In this document: in pieces, positions 9,644 through 19,120 of the stretch
Layout: every line of letters starts with the position of its first letter
Numbering within the stretch: the stretch's first letter is position 1
Assembly (NCBI GenBank): GCA_037190965.1
Contig: JBBCKI010000047.1
Location: 1-63,606, forward strand
Direction: 5' to 3'
Source: Chthoniobacteraceae bacterium
Lineage (GTDB): Bacteria > Verrucomicrobiota > Verrucomicrobiia > Chthoniobacterales > Chthoniobacteraceae
Length of the DNA: 63,606 nucleotides
Program-made: the position numbers and the translations under genes
The notes under the pieces: model-generated
What the model was told of the DNA's origin: nothing
What the model saw: the letters and a program-made list of their open reading frames with translations, nothing else
The model's database searches: none

Positions 9644-10713
9644 GGCTTGTTCGCTGCGGGGGTGGAGGAGGGGTTGGACGCCTTCCTGCGCACGGTTTTA
9701 CCGGGGAACCAGACCCCCTCCGTCAACAGGCTCCAGGGTCGCACGGGAATGCCCTGTTCGCTCCGGTGGATCATCCCTACCACCGCGTCCACGGTCATCC
9801 CGCCCACCATGTGAACGTCTTCATTCATCCCGGAAAGGGTGGTGTCACCGAATGGGGTTGCCGCGACCGCCAGCCCCACCTGCTTCGGAACGGCAATGCC
9901 ATCGGCCTTGAGCCATTCCTTGACCTGGTACGCCGAACCGGCAGAGGCGATCACCGCATCGGGGCGCTCGCGCCCAAACCAGCCGCGGAAGACCGAGGAA
10001 GTAAAATGCGGGGCGAGTAGCGGCTCAAGCCGGGCTGTGCCGGGAGGAAGCTCGCATTGGGCGACCAGGTAGCCGCCAAGGTAATTGTGGTCCACCCGCT
10101 CATCATTGGCCGAGGGCATGGCAAGCCCGATGCGCCGGTAGCCGAGCGCAAAGAGACGATGTACCGTGTGCTTCATGTTTCGGCTCTGATGATTCATGAC
10201 AACATGCAGGTGCGGCTCGGCCAAAGAATAGCCCAGCGTGACGACGGCGAAATGCCGCCAGTCGAGATGAATGACACTATGCGGTTTAGGCAAGGGCGCG
10301 ACGATGAGGCCGCGCACGCCGCGTGCGAGCAGGATCTGCGTTGCCCGCGCAGGGGTCAGGCCCGGTTCAGCCATCCAGAAATCTTCCAGTTGGTAGCCAT
10401 ATTGTTCCGCCTTGGCGCAGGCGCCGCGATAGTAGCCCTCCATCTGGATCATCTCCCGCCAGCCGGTGCGGGTCGGGAAGTAAGTCAGCCATCCGATGAC
10501 GCCCTGGAACTGCTTCCTGCTGCTGCTTACCCGGTAGGCATTGAGCGCGGCCAGCGCGGGGTCCGGGCGGTAATGATGCTGATGGGCGAGATCGCTGATG
10601 CGCTGTCTTGTCTCCAGGGGAATGGAGGGATGCCCGCGCAAGGCGAGAGAAACGGTCATGGGGGAGACTCCAGCCAGCCGGGCCAGGTCCCGCTGGGAGA
10701 CGCGCTGCTTCAT
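9640..10713 (-). CDS. LacI-family transcriptional regulator (paralog of 8591-9643)
   Basis: HTH SQRDLARLAGVSPMTVSLALR, LGYRRIGL. ATG 10713 was chosen by alignment with the paralog's N-terminus. Confidence 0.92.
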   Translation of the reverse strand: MKQRVSQRDLARLAGVSPMTVSLALRGHPSIPLETRQRISDLAHQHHYRPDPALAALNAYRVSSSRKQFQGVIGWLTYFPTRTGWREMIQMEGYYRGACAKAEQYGYQLEDFWMAEPGLTPARATQILLARGVRGLIVAPLPKPHSVIHLDWRHFAVVTLGYSLAEPHLHVVMNHQSRNMKHTVHRLFALGYRRIGLAMPSANDERVDHNYLGGYLVAQCELPPGTARLEPLLAPHFTSSVFRGWFGRERPDAVIASAGSAYQVKEWLKADGIAVPKQVGLAVAATPFGDTTLSGMNEDVHMVGGMTVDAVVGMIHRSEQGIPVRPWSLLTEGVWFPGKTVRRKASNPSSTPAANKP

Positions 10714-10771
10714 GGTTCGAGCACCATACATCCGATTGCCGGGGGGCAAACCTCTTTTTGACGAAGAGTCA

Positions 10772-10790
10772 CTTTACAGAAACAGCAGCG
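10772..10790 (+). promoter_or_regulatory. Motif-1 copy (CTTTACAGAAACAGCAGCG) in the divergent lacI/operon spacer
   Basis: Matches the copies at 15655 and 28003; lies 65 bp before the downstream ATG. Confidence 0.6.
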
Positions 10791-10836
10791 GGGGAGTTTC
10801 GCGGAGACGCGGCCGGTTGTAAATCGAGGGCGTTGT

Positions 10837-12384
10837 ATGACCTCTCCCGAGAATGCCTTTGACCCGAAATCCGAAGTTGATCGCGGCGATCTGACGCAAT
10901 TTGCTGACCGCGAATGCCCTTCGTCAGGGCTCGCCGTATCTAAAGATACGCCTCGCCCTTCCTCGAGTCATCGCGACTCAGCCTCTTGCGCCAGCTCATC
11001 CGCTCCAAAATCGGATTTCGGGTTTGATGTGATCGTTTGTGGTGGCGGCCCTTCCGGCGTCGCTGCGGCTGTCAGCGCCGCGCGGCGCGGAGCCCGCACC
11101 CTGCTGGTGGAACGCTATGGGTTTTGCGGAGGCATGGCGACGGTTGGACTCGTCAATCCCTGGGCCGGGCATGCCTATCACGATCCTCTTGATCCTGCCA
11201 GCGGCCGCCCCGGCTCGCTCATCGGCGGGATCTTCAAGGAGGTCTGTATCAAGCTTGCCAAGGGGGGAGGCTACGGCTCGGCGCTTTCCGACGCTGCGTT
11301 CGACGAAGAGCTTCTCAAGCGGGTCTACGACGCGCTCCTCGTGGAGGCAGGTGTCGTGGTCCGTTATCACACCTATCTTCAGGCCGTTCACCAGGAAGAG
11401 GGGCGGTTGACCGCGATCGACGTCATCTCCAAGGGAGGCGCGGAAACCTTTACGGCCAAGAGCTTCGTGGATTGTTCCGGCGATGCCGACCTCGCCGCTC
11501 TGGCCGGTTGCCGTTTCAGCATCGGGCGGCCCGAGGACGGGCTCATGCAGGCAATGACGGTCAGCTTCCGCATGGCGAATGTCGACAAGAGGGAGATGAT
11601 CGAAACCGGGGTGCTGCGCAAGGCGCGTGCGCTGGTGGAGCCTTATTTCCAGGAGGCGCTGGCCAAGGGCGAGCTTCACTATCCTTATCGCAATTTCATC
11701 CATTTCTATGACTACCCGCGCGCGGGAGTGCTGCATTTCAACATGACGCGCATCACCTGCGTCTCGGGGTTATCGGCGGCGGATCTCACCCACGCGGAGA
11801 TCGAGGGCCGCCGCCAGGCCTGCCTCATGGGCGACTGGTTGGTGAAGTCGGTGCCGTACTTCCGCGATGCCTATGTCGAGAAGATCGCCTGCCAGGTTGG
11901 CGTACGTGAGACGCGCCATATCCACGGCCTCTACACCATGACGCAGGAGGACATCGTCGCCGCCCGCAAGTTCTCCGACGGGATCACCCGGTCGCGCTAC
12001 TTTATCGACATCCATAACCCCGCCGGGGCGAAGGATATCCACCAGCAGGACGGCGGCAAAGGAAAGATCAAGGCTGAGTTCGGCCCGCCCGCCGGGGATT
12101 TCTATGAGGTTCCCTTCCGTAGCCTCGTCACGCGCGATTGCAGGAATCTCGCCGTGGCATGCCGCGCGCTTTCCGCCACGCATGAAGCCGCCGCCGCCGT
12201 TCGGGTGATGGCGACGATGCACGGGGTGGGAGAAGCCGCGGGGATTGCCGCTGCCGAAGCTGCGAAGCAGGGCCGCGACCTCGTCGATATCCCCGGCGAA
12301 TGGGTTCGCTCCCAGATCCCTTACCTCTCCGAAGCGCCCGATTTCGGCGTTCCTTGGAACCTTCAACCCGTCTGTGCTAATTAA
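10837..12384 (+). CDS. FAD-dependent oxidoreductase (FAD_oxidored-type)
   Basis: DVIVCGGGPSGVAAA dinucleotide-binding motif, GGMATVG, FVDCSGDADLA, GVRETRHI, YEVPFRSL, GEAAG. The low-complexity N-terminus makes the start uncertain. Confidence 0.88.
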   Translation: MTSPENAFDPKSEVDRGDLTQFADRECPSSGLAVSKDTPRPSSSHRDSASCASSSAPKSDFGFDVIVCGGGPSGVAAAVSAARRGARTLLVERYGFCGGMATVGLVNPWAGHAYHDPLDPASGRPGSLIGGIFKEVCIKLAKGGGYGSALSDAAFDEELLKRVYDALLVEAGVVVRYHTYLQAVHQEEGRLTAIDVISKGGAETFTAKSFVDCSGDADLAALAGCRFSIGRPEDGLMQAMTVSFRMANVDKREMIETGVLRKARALVEPYFQEALAKGELHYPYRNFIHFYDYPRAGVLHFNMTRITCVSGLSAADLTHAEIEGRRQACLMGDWLVKSVPYFRDAYVEKIACQVGVRETRHIHGLYTMTQEDIVAARKFSDGITRSRYFIDIHNPAGAKDIHQQDGGKGKIKAEFGPPAGDFYEVPFRSLVTRDCRNLAVACRALSATHEAAAAVRVMATMHGVGEAAGIAAAEAAKQGRDLVDIPGEWVRSQIPYLSEAPDFGVPWNLQPVCAN

Positions 12385-12388
12385 TCCT

Positions 12389-13285
12389 ATGTCCACCCCA
12401 GATTCCCCGAAGGGCGTCATCGTTCCGATCATCACTCCTTTCACCAGCACGGGAGCCATCGACTGGCCTTCGTATGAACAGGTGCTCGAGCATGTCATCG
12501 AGGGGGGCGTCGATGCCATCTTCGTCCTCGGGACAACCGGCGAAGGCACCAGCCTCGGCAACGAGGAGAAGCGCGCGCTCGTCAAATTCACCTGCGAGAA
12601 GGCCGCCAAGCGGTGCCAGATTTATGTCGGCGTCATGGACAATAGCCTGATCGAATCGATCCGGTTGACCGAGTTCTCCGCGGCTTGCGGGGCGGACGCG
12701 ACGGTGATCGTCCCGTCGCCCTATTTCCCGGCGGGAGTGAAGGAGCAGATCGCATTCTTCCGTGAGTTCGTGGACGCGTCCAAGCTTCCCGTCATTCTTT
12801 ACAACATCCCGCAGATGACCAAGACGGCGCTCGCGCCGGAGGTCTTCGATGCCCTGCTTGATGATCCGCGTATCATCGGGCTCAAGGACAGCTCCGGCAA
12901 CATGGTTTATTTCCGCCGCCTCCAGCACATCGCCAGGCGTCGGCGCGGCTTTGCCATGCTGATCGGCTCGGAGGAACTCCTCGCCGAGAGCGTCCTGCTG
13001 GGCGCGGCAGGCGGGGTCACGGGAGGAGCCAACGTCTTCCCCGAGCTTCTTCGGGATCTCTATAGAGCCGCGGTGAATCGCGATTTCAACGTGATTGAAT
13101 CGCTTCAGAACCGGCTCATGAATGTGAGCTGCAAGCTTTATAGCTACGGCAATGGCGGTTACATCATCGCCGGGATCAAGGCGATGCTCAAGGCCAAGGG
13201 GCTTTGCGAGTCCAACGTGCTTCGCCCCTTGTTGCCAGCCGACGCGGGTCTTGCAAAAATCGCCCGCGAGCTTCTGGAACAATAA
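12389..13285 (+). CDS. DHDPS/N-acetylneuraminate lyase family class I aldolase
   Basis: ITPF, GTTGE, YNIP and Schiff-base lysine in GLKDSSG. The context suggests sugar-acid catabolism rather than DapA. Confidence 0.9.
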   Translation: MSTPDSPKGVIVPIITPFTSTGAIDWPSYEQVLEHVIEGGVDAIFVLGTTGEGTSLGNEEKRALVKFTCEKAAKRCQIYVGVMDNSLIESIRLTEFSAACGADATVIVPSPYFPAGVKEQIAFFREFVDASKLPVILYNIPQMTKTALAPEVFDALLDDPRIIGLKDSSGNMVYFRRLQHIARRRRGFAMLIGSEELLAESVLLGAAGGVTGGANVFPELLRDLYRAAVNRDFNVIESLQNRLMNVSCKLYSYGNGGYIIAGIKAMLKAKGLCESNVLRPLLPADAGLAKIARELLEQ

Positions 13286-13316
13286 GGCGATAACGTTTCG
13301 ATTCCCCCCCACCATC

Positions 13317-14873
13317 ATGGCGCTTCATCCTGCGGACATTGTCGTCATCGCATTCTACTTCATCTCGACCCTGGCCCTCGGGTTTTGGGTTTCGAGAAGG
13401 AACAAAAACGTCGATCAATACTTCCTCGGAGGCCGGAGCTTCCCGGGTTGGGCCGTCGGCGTCAGTTTCATCGGCGCGATGGTCAGTTCGGTGACCTTCA
13501 TCGCGCTTCCTGCCGACGCCTTCAAGACGGCGTGGGTTCGGTTCCTGCCGAACCTCGGGTTCCCCATTATCGTCATCCTCTCCGCCTATCTGTTCATCCC
13601 GTTCTTCAGGCGGGGCACGATCACGTCGGCCTATCAATACCTCGAGGTCCGCTTCGGGCGATCCATTTCGCTCTATTGCGCCATCATCTTCCTGCTCGGG
13701 CAGATCGTTCGCACCTCCACGGTGGTTTACCTGGTGGCATTGTTGATGGCGACGCTCACCGGCATCCGCCTGGAATGGTGCCTCCTCACGGCGGGCGGCA
13801 TCACGGCTGTTTATACCGTGAAGGGAGGATTCACCGCAGTAATCTGGACCGACGTCGCCCAGACGGTGATCCTGGTGATCGGCGCGATCACTAGTGTCTA
13901 CTTTATCGTGGACGCGGTACCGGGCGGCCTCGCGCAGATCTGGACGGAGGCCTCAGCGGCAGGAAAGCTTTCCTTCGGAGATCTCAACACCCAGACCGGC
14001 CAGATCGAACCGCTGACGACCGGCTTTTCCCTGTCGGAAAAAACCGGGTTGATGCTGGTCCTCGTCGGCTTCATGTCGGCGCTCTCCGGCAAGCTGAACC
14101 AGGAGAGCGTCCAGCGGTGGTGCTCGGCGAAGTCGGCCAAGGAAGCCACGAAATCAATGTATGTGCTCGGCCTCGGCTCTCTCCCGATCTGGGCCTGCTT
14201 CATGTTCATCGGGACCTGCCTCTGGGTCTATTACCAGCACTCCCCCAGTGAAATCTCCACCGCCATCCTCGCGGGGAAGAGGAAGGCTGAAGAGATCTTT
14301 CCTCACTTCATTACCACCGCGATGCCTCCCGGCTTCTGCGGGCTCCTGATCGCGGCAGCTCTCGCGGCGGCGATGTCCACGCTCAGCAGCGCGATCAACT
14401 GCGCCAGCATGGTGGTGGTGCAGGATATTTACGGATTTTTCGTCAAAGGCCGGGATTCCCGGCACTACTTCCGCGTCGGCATTACGAGTTCGCTGATCAT
14501 CTCGATCCTCATGATTGGCGGCGCGTGGCTCTTTCATATCTCCGATACCAAAACGCTCACGGACTTCAATATCATCGTCACCACGCTGCTGGGTGGCGGA
14601 ACGGCCGGGGCTTTTCTCCTCGGGATGTTCACGCGCCGTGGCGATGTCCGTGCGGTGACCGCCGGGATCGTGGCCGCGCTGATCTTCACCGTCTATGCGA
14701 TGCTGGCGCAATTCGGCACCGTGCCCAAGGTGATCGATACCTACTACTCCGCGATCATCGCCAACCTGATCGTGTTGGCGGTCGGCTACCTGGCGGCCCT
14801 CCTGATGCCTGCCCCACAGAGGGATCTCACAAACCTCACGGTGTGGGATCAGTCCAAACAATCCATGGTTTAA
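13317..14873 (+). CDS. Sodium:solute symporter (SSS family, SiaT-like)
   Basis: YFLGGRSFP, SAYQYLEVRFG, GGFTAVIWTD, VQR, AAMSTLSSAIN and many transmembrane segments. Confidence 0.92.
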   Translation: MALHPADIVVIAFYFISTLALGFWVSRRNKNVDQYFLGGRSFPGWAVGVSFIGAMVSSVTFIALPADAFKTAWVRFLPNLGFPIIVILSAYLFIPFFRRGTITSAYQYLEVRFGRSISLYCAIIFLLGQIVRTSTVVYLVALLMATLTGIRLEWCLLTAGGITAVYTVKGGFTAVIWTDVAQTVILVIGAITSVYFIVDAVPGGLAQIWTEASAAGKLSFGDLNTQTGQIEPLTTGFSLSEKTGLMLVLVGFMSALSGKLNQESVQRWCSAKSAKEATKSMYVLGLGSLPIWACFMFIGTCLWVYYQHSPSEISTAILAGKRKAEEIFPHFITTAMPPGFCGLLIAAALAAAMSTLSSAINCASMVVVQDIYGFFVKGRDSRHYFRVGITSSLIISILMIGGAWLFHISDTKTLTDFNIIVTTLLGGGTAGAFLLGMFTRRGDVRAVTAGIVAALIFTVYAMLAQFGTVPKVIDTYYSAIIANLIVLAVGYLAALLMPAPQRDLTNLTVWDQSKQSMV

Positions 14874-14885
14874 CCCCACCGGATC

Positions 14886-15647
14886 ATGATGAAAAATACC
14901 TCACTCCTACTGCTGGCTGCCTTCGCCCTTCGGGCTGCACCACTGAATGCAGCCGGGCCGATCTCCGCCTGGGAATTCAATGAAGAGAATGGAGCCCAGC
15001 GGCTCATTGACTCCGCCGGTAGCTCAAGCGGCACCCTCGTCGACGTCACCTTCGAGAAAAGCGAGATCGGCTCCGGCAACGTGGCGGTTTTTAACGGAGC
15101 GACCTCCAAGGTGGTCTTCGACCCCTACGGTGAATCCAAATGGAGGAACTTCGAGCGTGGGAATTTCACCGTGACCGGCTGCTTCCGGTTGCTCCGTAAC
15201 GACGCGCGGGAAGACATGCCGCTGATCATCGCCGGAAACGCCCGCAGCAAGTCGGGTTGGGCGTTGCAGGTGGGGCGCGCGGATCGCACTCGCAAGGGCG
15301 CTCTTTTTTTCACGGTGGGGGGTGCGGTGGATAAGGAAGTAGTCCTTGTCCAATCCTTGAAGCGGGTGGATGACGGCGCATGGCATTGGTTCGCAGCCGT
15401 GGTTCGCGACGAAGCGGCGGAACTTTACGTCGATGGTGTCCTGCAAGGGCGAACTCCCTTCAACCCGAGCACCAACTCCAGCCCGGGTGCCTCACCGGTG
15501 ATGTTCGGCTCCAACGGGAAGGTGTTTTTCAACGGCAAGCTGGATCGAATCCGCCTTTACGGCGACGCGCTCAGCGAAGTCCTCGATGGTTCGAAGAAGC
15601 TCTCCGGCGGCGAGCTTCATGATGACTGGTCCGCCTCTTCGCGTTAA
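14886..15647 (+). CDS. Secreted LamG/concanavalin A-like domain protein
   Basis: Signal peptide; WEFNE, FNG, DGAWH, LYVDG, FNGKLDRIRLYGDALS. Confidence 0.85.
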   Translation: MMKNTSLLLLAAFALRAAPLNAAGPISAWEFNEENGAQRLIDSAGSSSGTLVDVTFEKSEIGSGNVAVFNGATSKVVFDPYGESKWRNFERGNFTVTGCFRLLRNDAREDMPLIIAGNARSKSGWALQVGRADRTRKGALFFTVGGAVDKEVVLVQSLKRVDDGAWHWFAAVVRDEAAELYVDGVLQGRTPFNPSTNSSPGASPVMFGSNGKVFFNGKLDRIRLYGDALSEVLDGSKKLSGGELHDDWSASSR

Positions 15648-15654
15648 CTCCCGG

Positions 15655-15673
15655 CTTTATAGATAAAGTGGCG
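15655..15673 (+). promoter_or_regulatory. Motif-1 copy (CTTTATAGATAAAGTGGCG), palindromic core CTTTAT-AG-ATAAAG
   Basis: Intergenic, 90 bp before the ATG at 15745; aligns with the 10772 and 28003 copies. Confidence 0.6.
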
Positions 15674-15744
15674 CGTCCGTTTACTTGGGAGGAGAGCGGG
15701 CGCACCTTACATTTGCTTCTCCCTTCTTGTTTGCTTTGTATACG

Positions 15745-16935
15745 ATGAAAAAGCCCCTTCCCCTCCTTGCCCTTGCGGCCTTTCTGGCAGCCCCGTTCAG
15801 CGGGGTGAGCGCGGTGGTCCCCAATGTTGAAAACGTGGTGGTTTACCATAACCCCGCCGAATTCGCCGGATGGCCTGCCAATGAAGGCATGTGGTCCTGG
15901 GGCGATGAGTTGCTCGTCGCCTTCGAGGTCGCAAAATACGTCGAAGTTGAGAAGGACCACAGCATCGATCGGGACAGCCCGAAACGGATCGTTTTCGCCC
16001 GGAGTCTCGATGGCGGCAAAACGTGGAAGGCGGAAGAACATCCGGCCATTGGCGTGCCGGAGTATCTCGGTGAGCCCGACAAGCACAAGCAGGATCGCCC
16101 CGGCCTCAAGGCTCCGGTGGCTTCTCCCGGCGGGATCGATTTCACTCACCCGGATTTCGCCCTGAAAGTGCGCGGCGGTGTCTTCAACGTCTCCACCGAT
16201 CGCGGCCGCACCTGGTCCGACCCTTATATCTTCCCCGAGTTCGATTTCAGCTCGGAAGCTCGCACCAGCTATATCGTGACGGGCAAGGATTCGTGCAAGT
16301 TTTTCATTACCGGCCGCATCTCCGAGGAAGGGGTCAAGTATGCCCGCTCCGGCGTGGTGGAGAGCACGGATGGCGGAAAGACCTTCCAGTTCCTCGGTTG
16401 GATTGGAAGCGAAGTGGGCGAACAGCTCAGCCAGCGCAACGAGGGAGCGGATGAGCCGAAGAAGGAAGAAGCCGGCAACGAAAACATCTTCTCCATCATG
16501 CCCAGTGCCGTGCGGATCGGCGGCGATCACTACGTTGCCGCGGTGCGCCAGCGCATCGGACGCAAAAAGTGGACAGGCATCTTCGAGTCCGTCGATGGCG
16601 GCAAGACCTGGCGCAAGCTCGGTGATCTTGAAAAAGGCTCGAGCAACCCGGCCACTCTCGTGAAGCTTGAAGATGGTACGATCGTCGCCGTCTATGGCAA
16701 CCGCCGCAAGCGGCCGCTCGGAGTCTCGGGCAAGATCAGCAAAGACAACGGCAAAACGTGGTCCGAGGAAGTGAACCTTCGCGAGGATGCCCGCAAGTGG
16801 GACATTGGCTATAGCCGCGCCGTGGTCCGTCCTGACGGCACGGTAGTCTCTGTCTATTACTATACCACCGAAGAACTCCCGCAGAATTTCATCGGTGCTT
16901 CCCTTTGGAAGCCCGTGGTGACGAAAGCCAAATAG
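15745..16935 (+). CDS. Secreted BNR/Asp-box beta-propeller (sialidase-like) protein
   Basis: Signal peptide; five Asp boxes (SLDGGKTW, STDRGRTW, STDGGKTF, SVDGGKTW, SKDNGKTW); DIGYS..DG..V.VYY C-terminus. Confidence 0.85.
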   Translation: MKKPLPLLALAAFLAAPFSGVSAVVPNVENVVVYHNPAEFAGWPANEGMWSWGDELLVAFEVAKYVEVEKDHSIDRDSPKRIVFARSLDGGKTWKAEEHPAIGVPEYLGEPDKHKQDRPGLKAPVASPGGIDFTHPDFALKVRGGVFNVSTDRGRTWSDPYIFPEFDFSSEARTSYIVTGKDSCKFFITGRISEEGVKYARSGVVESTDGGKTFQFLGWIGSEVGEQLSQRNEGADEPKKEEAGNENIFSIMPSAVRIGGDHYVAAVRQRIGRKKWTGIFESVDGGKTWRKLGDLEKGSSNPATLVKLEDGTIVAVYGNRRKRPLGVSGKISKDNGKTWSEEVNLREDARKWDIGYSRAVVRPDGTVVSVYYYTTEELPQNFIGASLWKPVVTKAK

Positions 16936-16954
16936 AACGCTCTCGAATCGTTCA

Positions 16955-18064
16955 ATGCCCCCCATGTCGCTCACTAGAACATTACTTGTTGGTGCTTTTT
17001 TGGCGCTCACTCCCGTTCATGCGGCGGAGCCGATCCGGAACGTGGTGGTCTATCATAACCCGGCGCATTTCGCCGGGTGGCCTGCCAACGAAGGGATGTG
17101 GAGCTGGGGGGACGAGATCCTCGTCGGCTTCAATCTTGGGCGATTCGAGGAGCGCGGGGAGAAGCATAGTCTTGCCGGGGACGAATGGGTAGCCTTTGCC
17201 CGCAGCCTTGACGGCGGGGTGAGCTGGAAGATTGAGGAGCACGCCGAGGTGCGTGCTCCCAAGGCCTTTGGACGGCAAACGTTGCCACCGTTTCCGGAGG
17301 AGGTCGACTTCACGCATCCCGATTTCGTGATGAAGACGCGCGGAAAGATCGCGTTTCTTTCCAGAGACCGCGGGCATCATTGGAGCGGGCCGTATCGTCT
17401 TCCCGAGACCGGGCAGGACATCAACGCCCGCACCAGCTATCTCGTCACCGGTCCAAAGTCAGCCCTCTTCTTCCTCCCCGCGAATGTGAGTGATAAACGG
17501 GGGAAGCGGAGCCGCTCCTTCGTGGCGGAGACCACCGACGGCGGCCAGACGCTTCAGTTTCTCTCGTGGATCGGCGAAGATCTCGCGGACACCCATCCGG
17601 AAGAGGAGATCAAGGATGCCGGGGTCTTCTTTTCCACCATGCCCGCCGCAGTCCGGCTGGAGGATGGCCGCCTTATCTGTTCGGTGAGAAACCGGGTCAA
17701 CCGCAAGAAGTGGACTGACATCCATGAATCCAGGGATGGCGGCAGGACCTGGAGCAAGGTCAGCGAACTGGAGAAAGGCTCCACCAACCCGGCGGCCCTC
17801 GTCTCGCTTGGTGGCGAAAAGCTGGTTGCCGTCTATGGCAACCGCAGGAAGTCTCCCGCAGGCCTCGCGGCGAAAGAAAGCACCGATGGCGGGCGGACAT
17901 GGTCTGAAGAACGGGTGCTTCGCGAGGATGGCCGCAAGTGGGACCTTGGCTATACCCGCGCCGCGCTCCGGCCCGATGGCACCGTCGTCATTCTTTACTA
18001 CTACACCACGGAAGCGCTCCCCGAGCAGCACATTGGGGCCACGCTCTGGAAACCTTCTCTCTAG
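16955..18064 (+). CDS. Secreted BNR/Asp-box beta-propeller (sialidase-like) protein, tandem paralog
   Basis: Signal peptide; Asp boxes SLDGGVSW, SRDRGHHW, TTDGGQTL, SRDGGRTW, STDGGRTW; shares NVVVYHNPAxFAGWPANEGMWSWGDE with the upstream gene. Confidence 0.85.
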   Translation: MPPMSLTRTLLVGAFLALTPVHAAEPIRNVVVYHNPAHFAGWPANEGMWSWGDEILVGFNLGRFEERGEKHSLAGDEWVAFARSLDGGVSWKIEEHAEVRAPKAFGRQTLPPFPEEVDFTHPDFVMKTRGKIAFLSRDRGHHWSGPYRLPETGQDINARTSYLVTGPKSALFFLPANVSDKRGKRSRSFVAETTDGGQTLQFLSWIGEDLADTHPEEEIKDAGVFFSTMPAAVRLEDGRLICSVRNRVNRKKWTDIHESRDGGRTWSKVSELEKGSTNPAALVSLGGEKLVAVYGNRRKSPAGLAAKESTDGGRTWSEERVLREDGRKWDLGYTRAALRPDGTVVILYYYTTEALPEQHIGATLWKPSL

Positions 18065-18068
18065 TCAC

Positions 18069-19097
18069 ATGTCTCTTTCCAATCCCTTCGCCCATCCTGT
18101 CAAGCTCATTCTGGATACAGATATGGGCAATGACATCGATGACGCACTTGCCCTGGCGATGATCCACTCGTTGCAATCCCGTGGGGAGTGCGAACTGCTT
18201 GGGGTGGTCACCAGTAAAGACAACCCGATGTCCGCGCCGTTTATCGATATGATCAACTGCTTCTACGGTCGCCCCGAGATTCCGGTCGGGGCCGTCAGGA
18301 ATGGGGTCACGCCGGAGGAGAAGACCTTCCTGCGCCCGATTCTTGAGGCGAAGAATGATGACGGCTCACCGCGCTTCCCGCGTCACCTGAATTCCAACGA
18401 GGATGCCCCCGAGGCGGTCGGATTGCTTCGCCGGCTCCTTGCGGCGCAGGAAGATCAATCGGTGGTGATCATCATGATCGGATTCTCCACCAACATGGCG
18501 CGCCTGCTCGCATCGGGGCCGGATGCGGCATCCCTGCTTACGGGGCGGGAGCTCCTGTTGCAAAAGGTGCGCTTCATTTCCGCGATGGCCGGCCGCTTCA
18601 ACGATTATAACACCGAAGGAGAACGCGTTTCCCGCAGGGAGTATAATATCATTATGGATCTCCCGGCGGCCCGTGAATTCTTCGGCAACTGTCCGTTGCC
18701 GATCGTGTTCAGCGGCGAGGAAATCGGTCGTGCTGTTCTCTATCCATTCGACAGTATCGATAGGGATTTTACCTGGAGTGATCGAAATCCGATTACGGAA
18801 GGCTACCGGCTTTTCCGCCCCATGCCACACGACCGGCCTAGTTGGGATCAAACTTCGGTGCTTCAGGCCGTGCGTCCCGAGGCCGACTATTTCAAACTCT
18901 CCGAGCCGGGCTGCGTAGTATTTGATCACGAAGGAGGCACGACGCTTGCTCCCCAAACGGAGGGGCTCCACCGTCATCTTATTCTCGAAGCCGGCGAATC
19001 GGAACGCGTGGTCGACGTGATCGTCGAACTCTGCATCCAACCGCCGGACAAACCAGTGGAATCACTAGCGGAACCCGCCTACGTTCCGCTGGAATAA
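18069..19097 (+). CDS. Nucleoside hydrolase (IU-NH family)
   Basis: N-terminal Ca2+-binding DTDMGNDIDD motif, IPVG, MAG, EYNI, SWDQ. Confidence 0.9.
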   Translation: MSLSNPFAHPVKLILDTDMGNDIDDALALAMIHSLQSRGECELLGVVTSKDNPMSAPFIDMINCFYGRPEIPVGAVRNGVTPEEKTFLRPILEAKNDDGSPRFPRHLNSNEDAPEAVGLLRRLLAAQEDQSVVIIMIGFSTNMARLLASGPDAASLLTGRELLLQKVRFISAMAGRFNDYNTEGERVSRREYNIIMDLPAAREFFGNCPLPIVFSGEEIGRAVLYPFDSIDRDFTWSDRNPITEGYRLFRPMPHDRPSWDQTSVLQAVRPEADYFKLSEPGCVVFDHEGGTTLAPQTEGLHRHLILEAGESERVVDVIVELCIQPPDKPVESLAEPAYVPLE

Positions 19098-19120
19098 CCC
19101 CCATCCTTCCATCCCCCCCG

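Noticed and set aside
12389..13285. Calling this gene dapA or nanA
   Set aside because: The family is clear, but the substrate cannot be assigned from motifs alone.
15571..17010. Long antisense ORFs (this one, 26340-27470, 32701-33969, 35690-36877, 39949-41712, 48714-50219, 60426-61586 and others)
   Set aside because: Shadow frames opposite well-supported genes, expected from high-GC codon bias, with no motifs.
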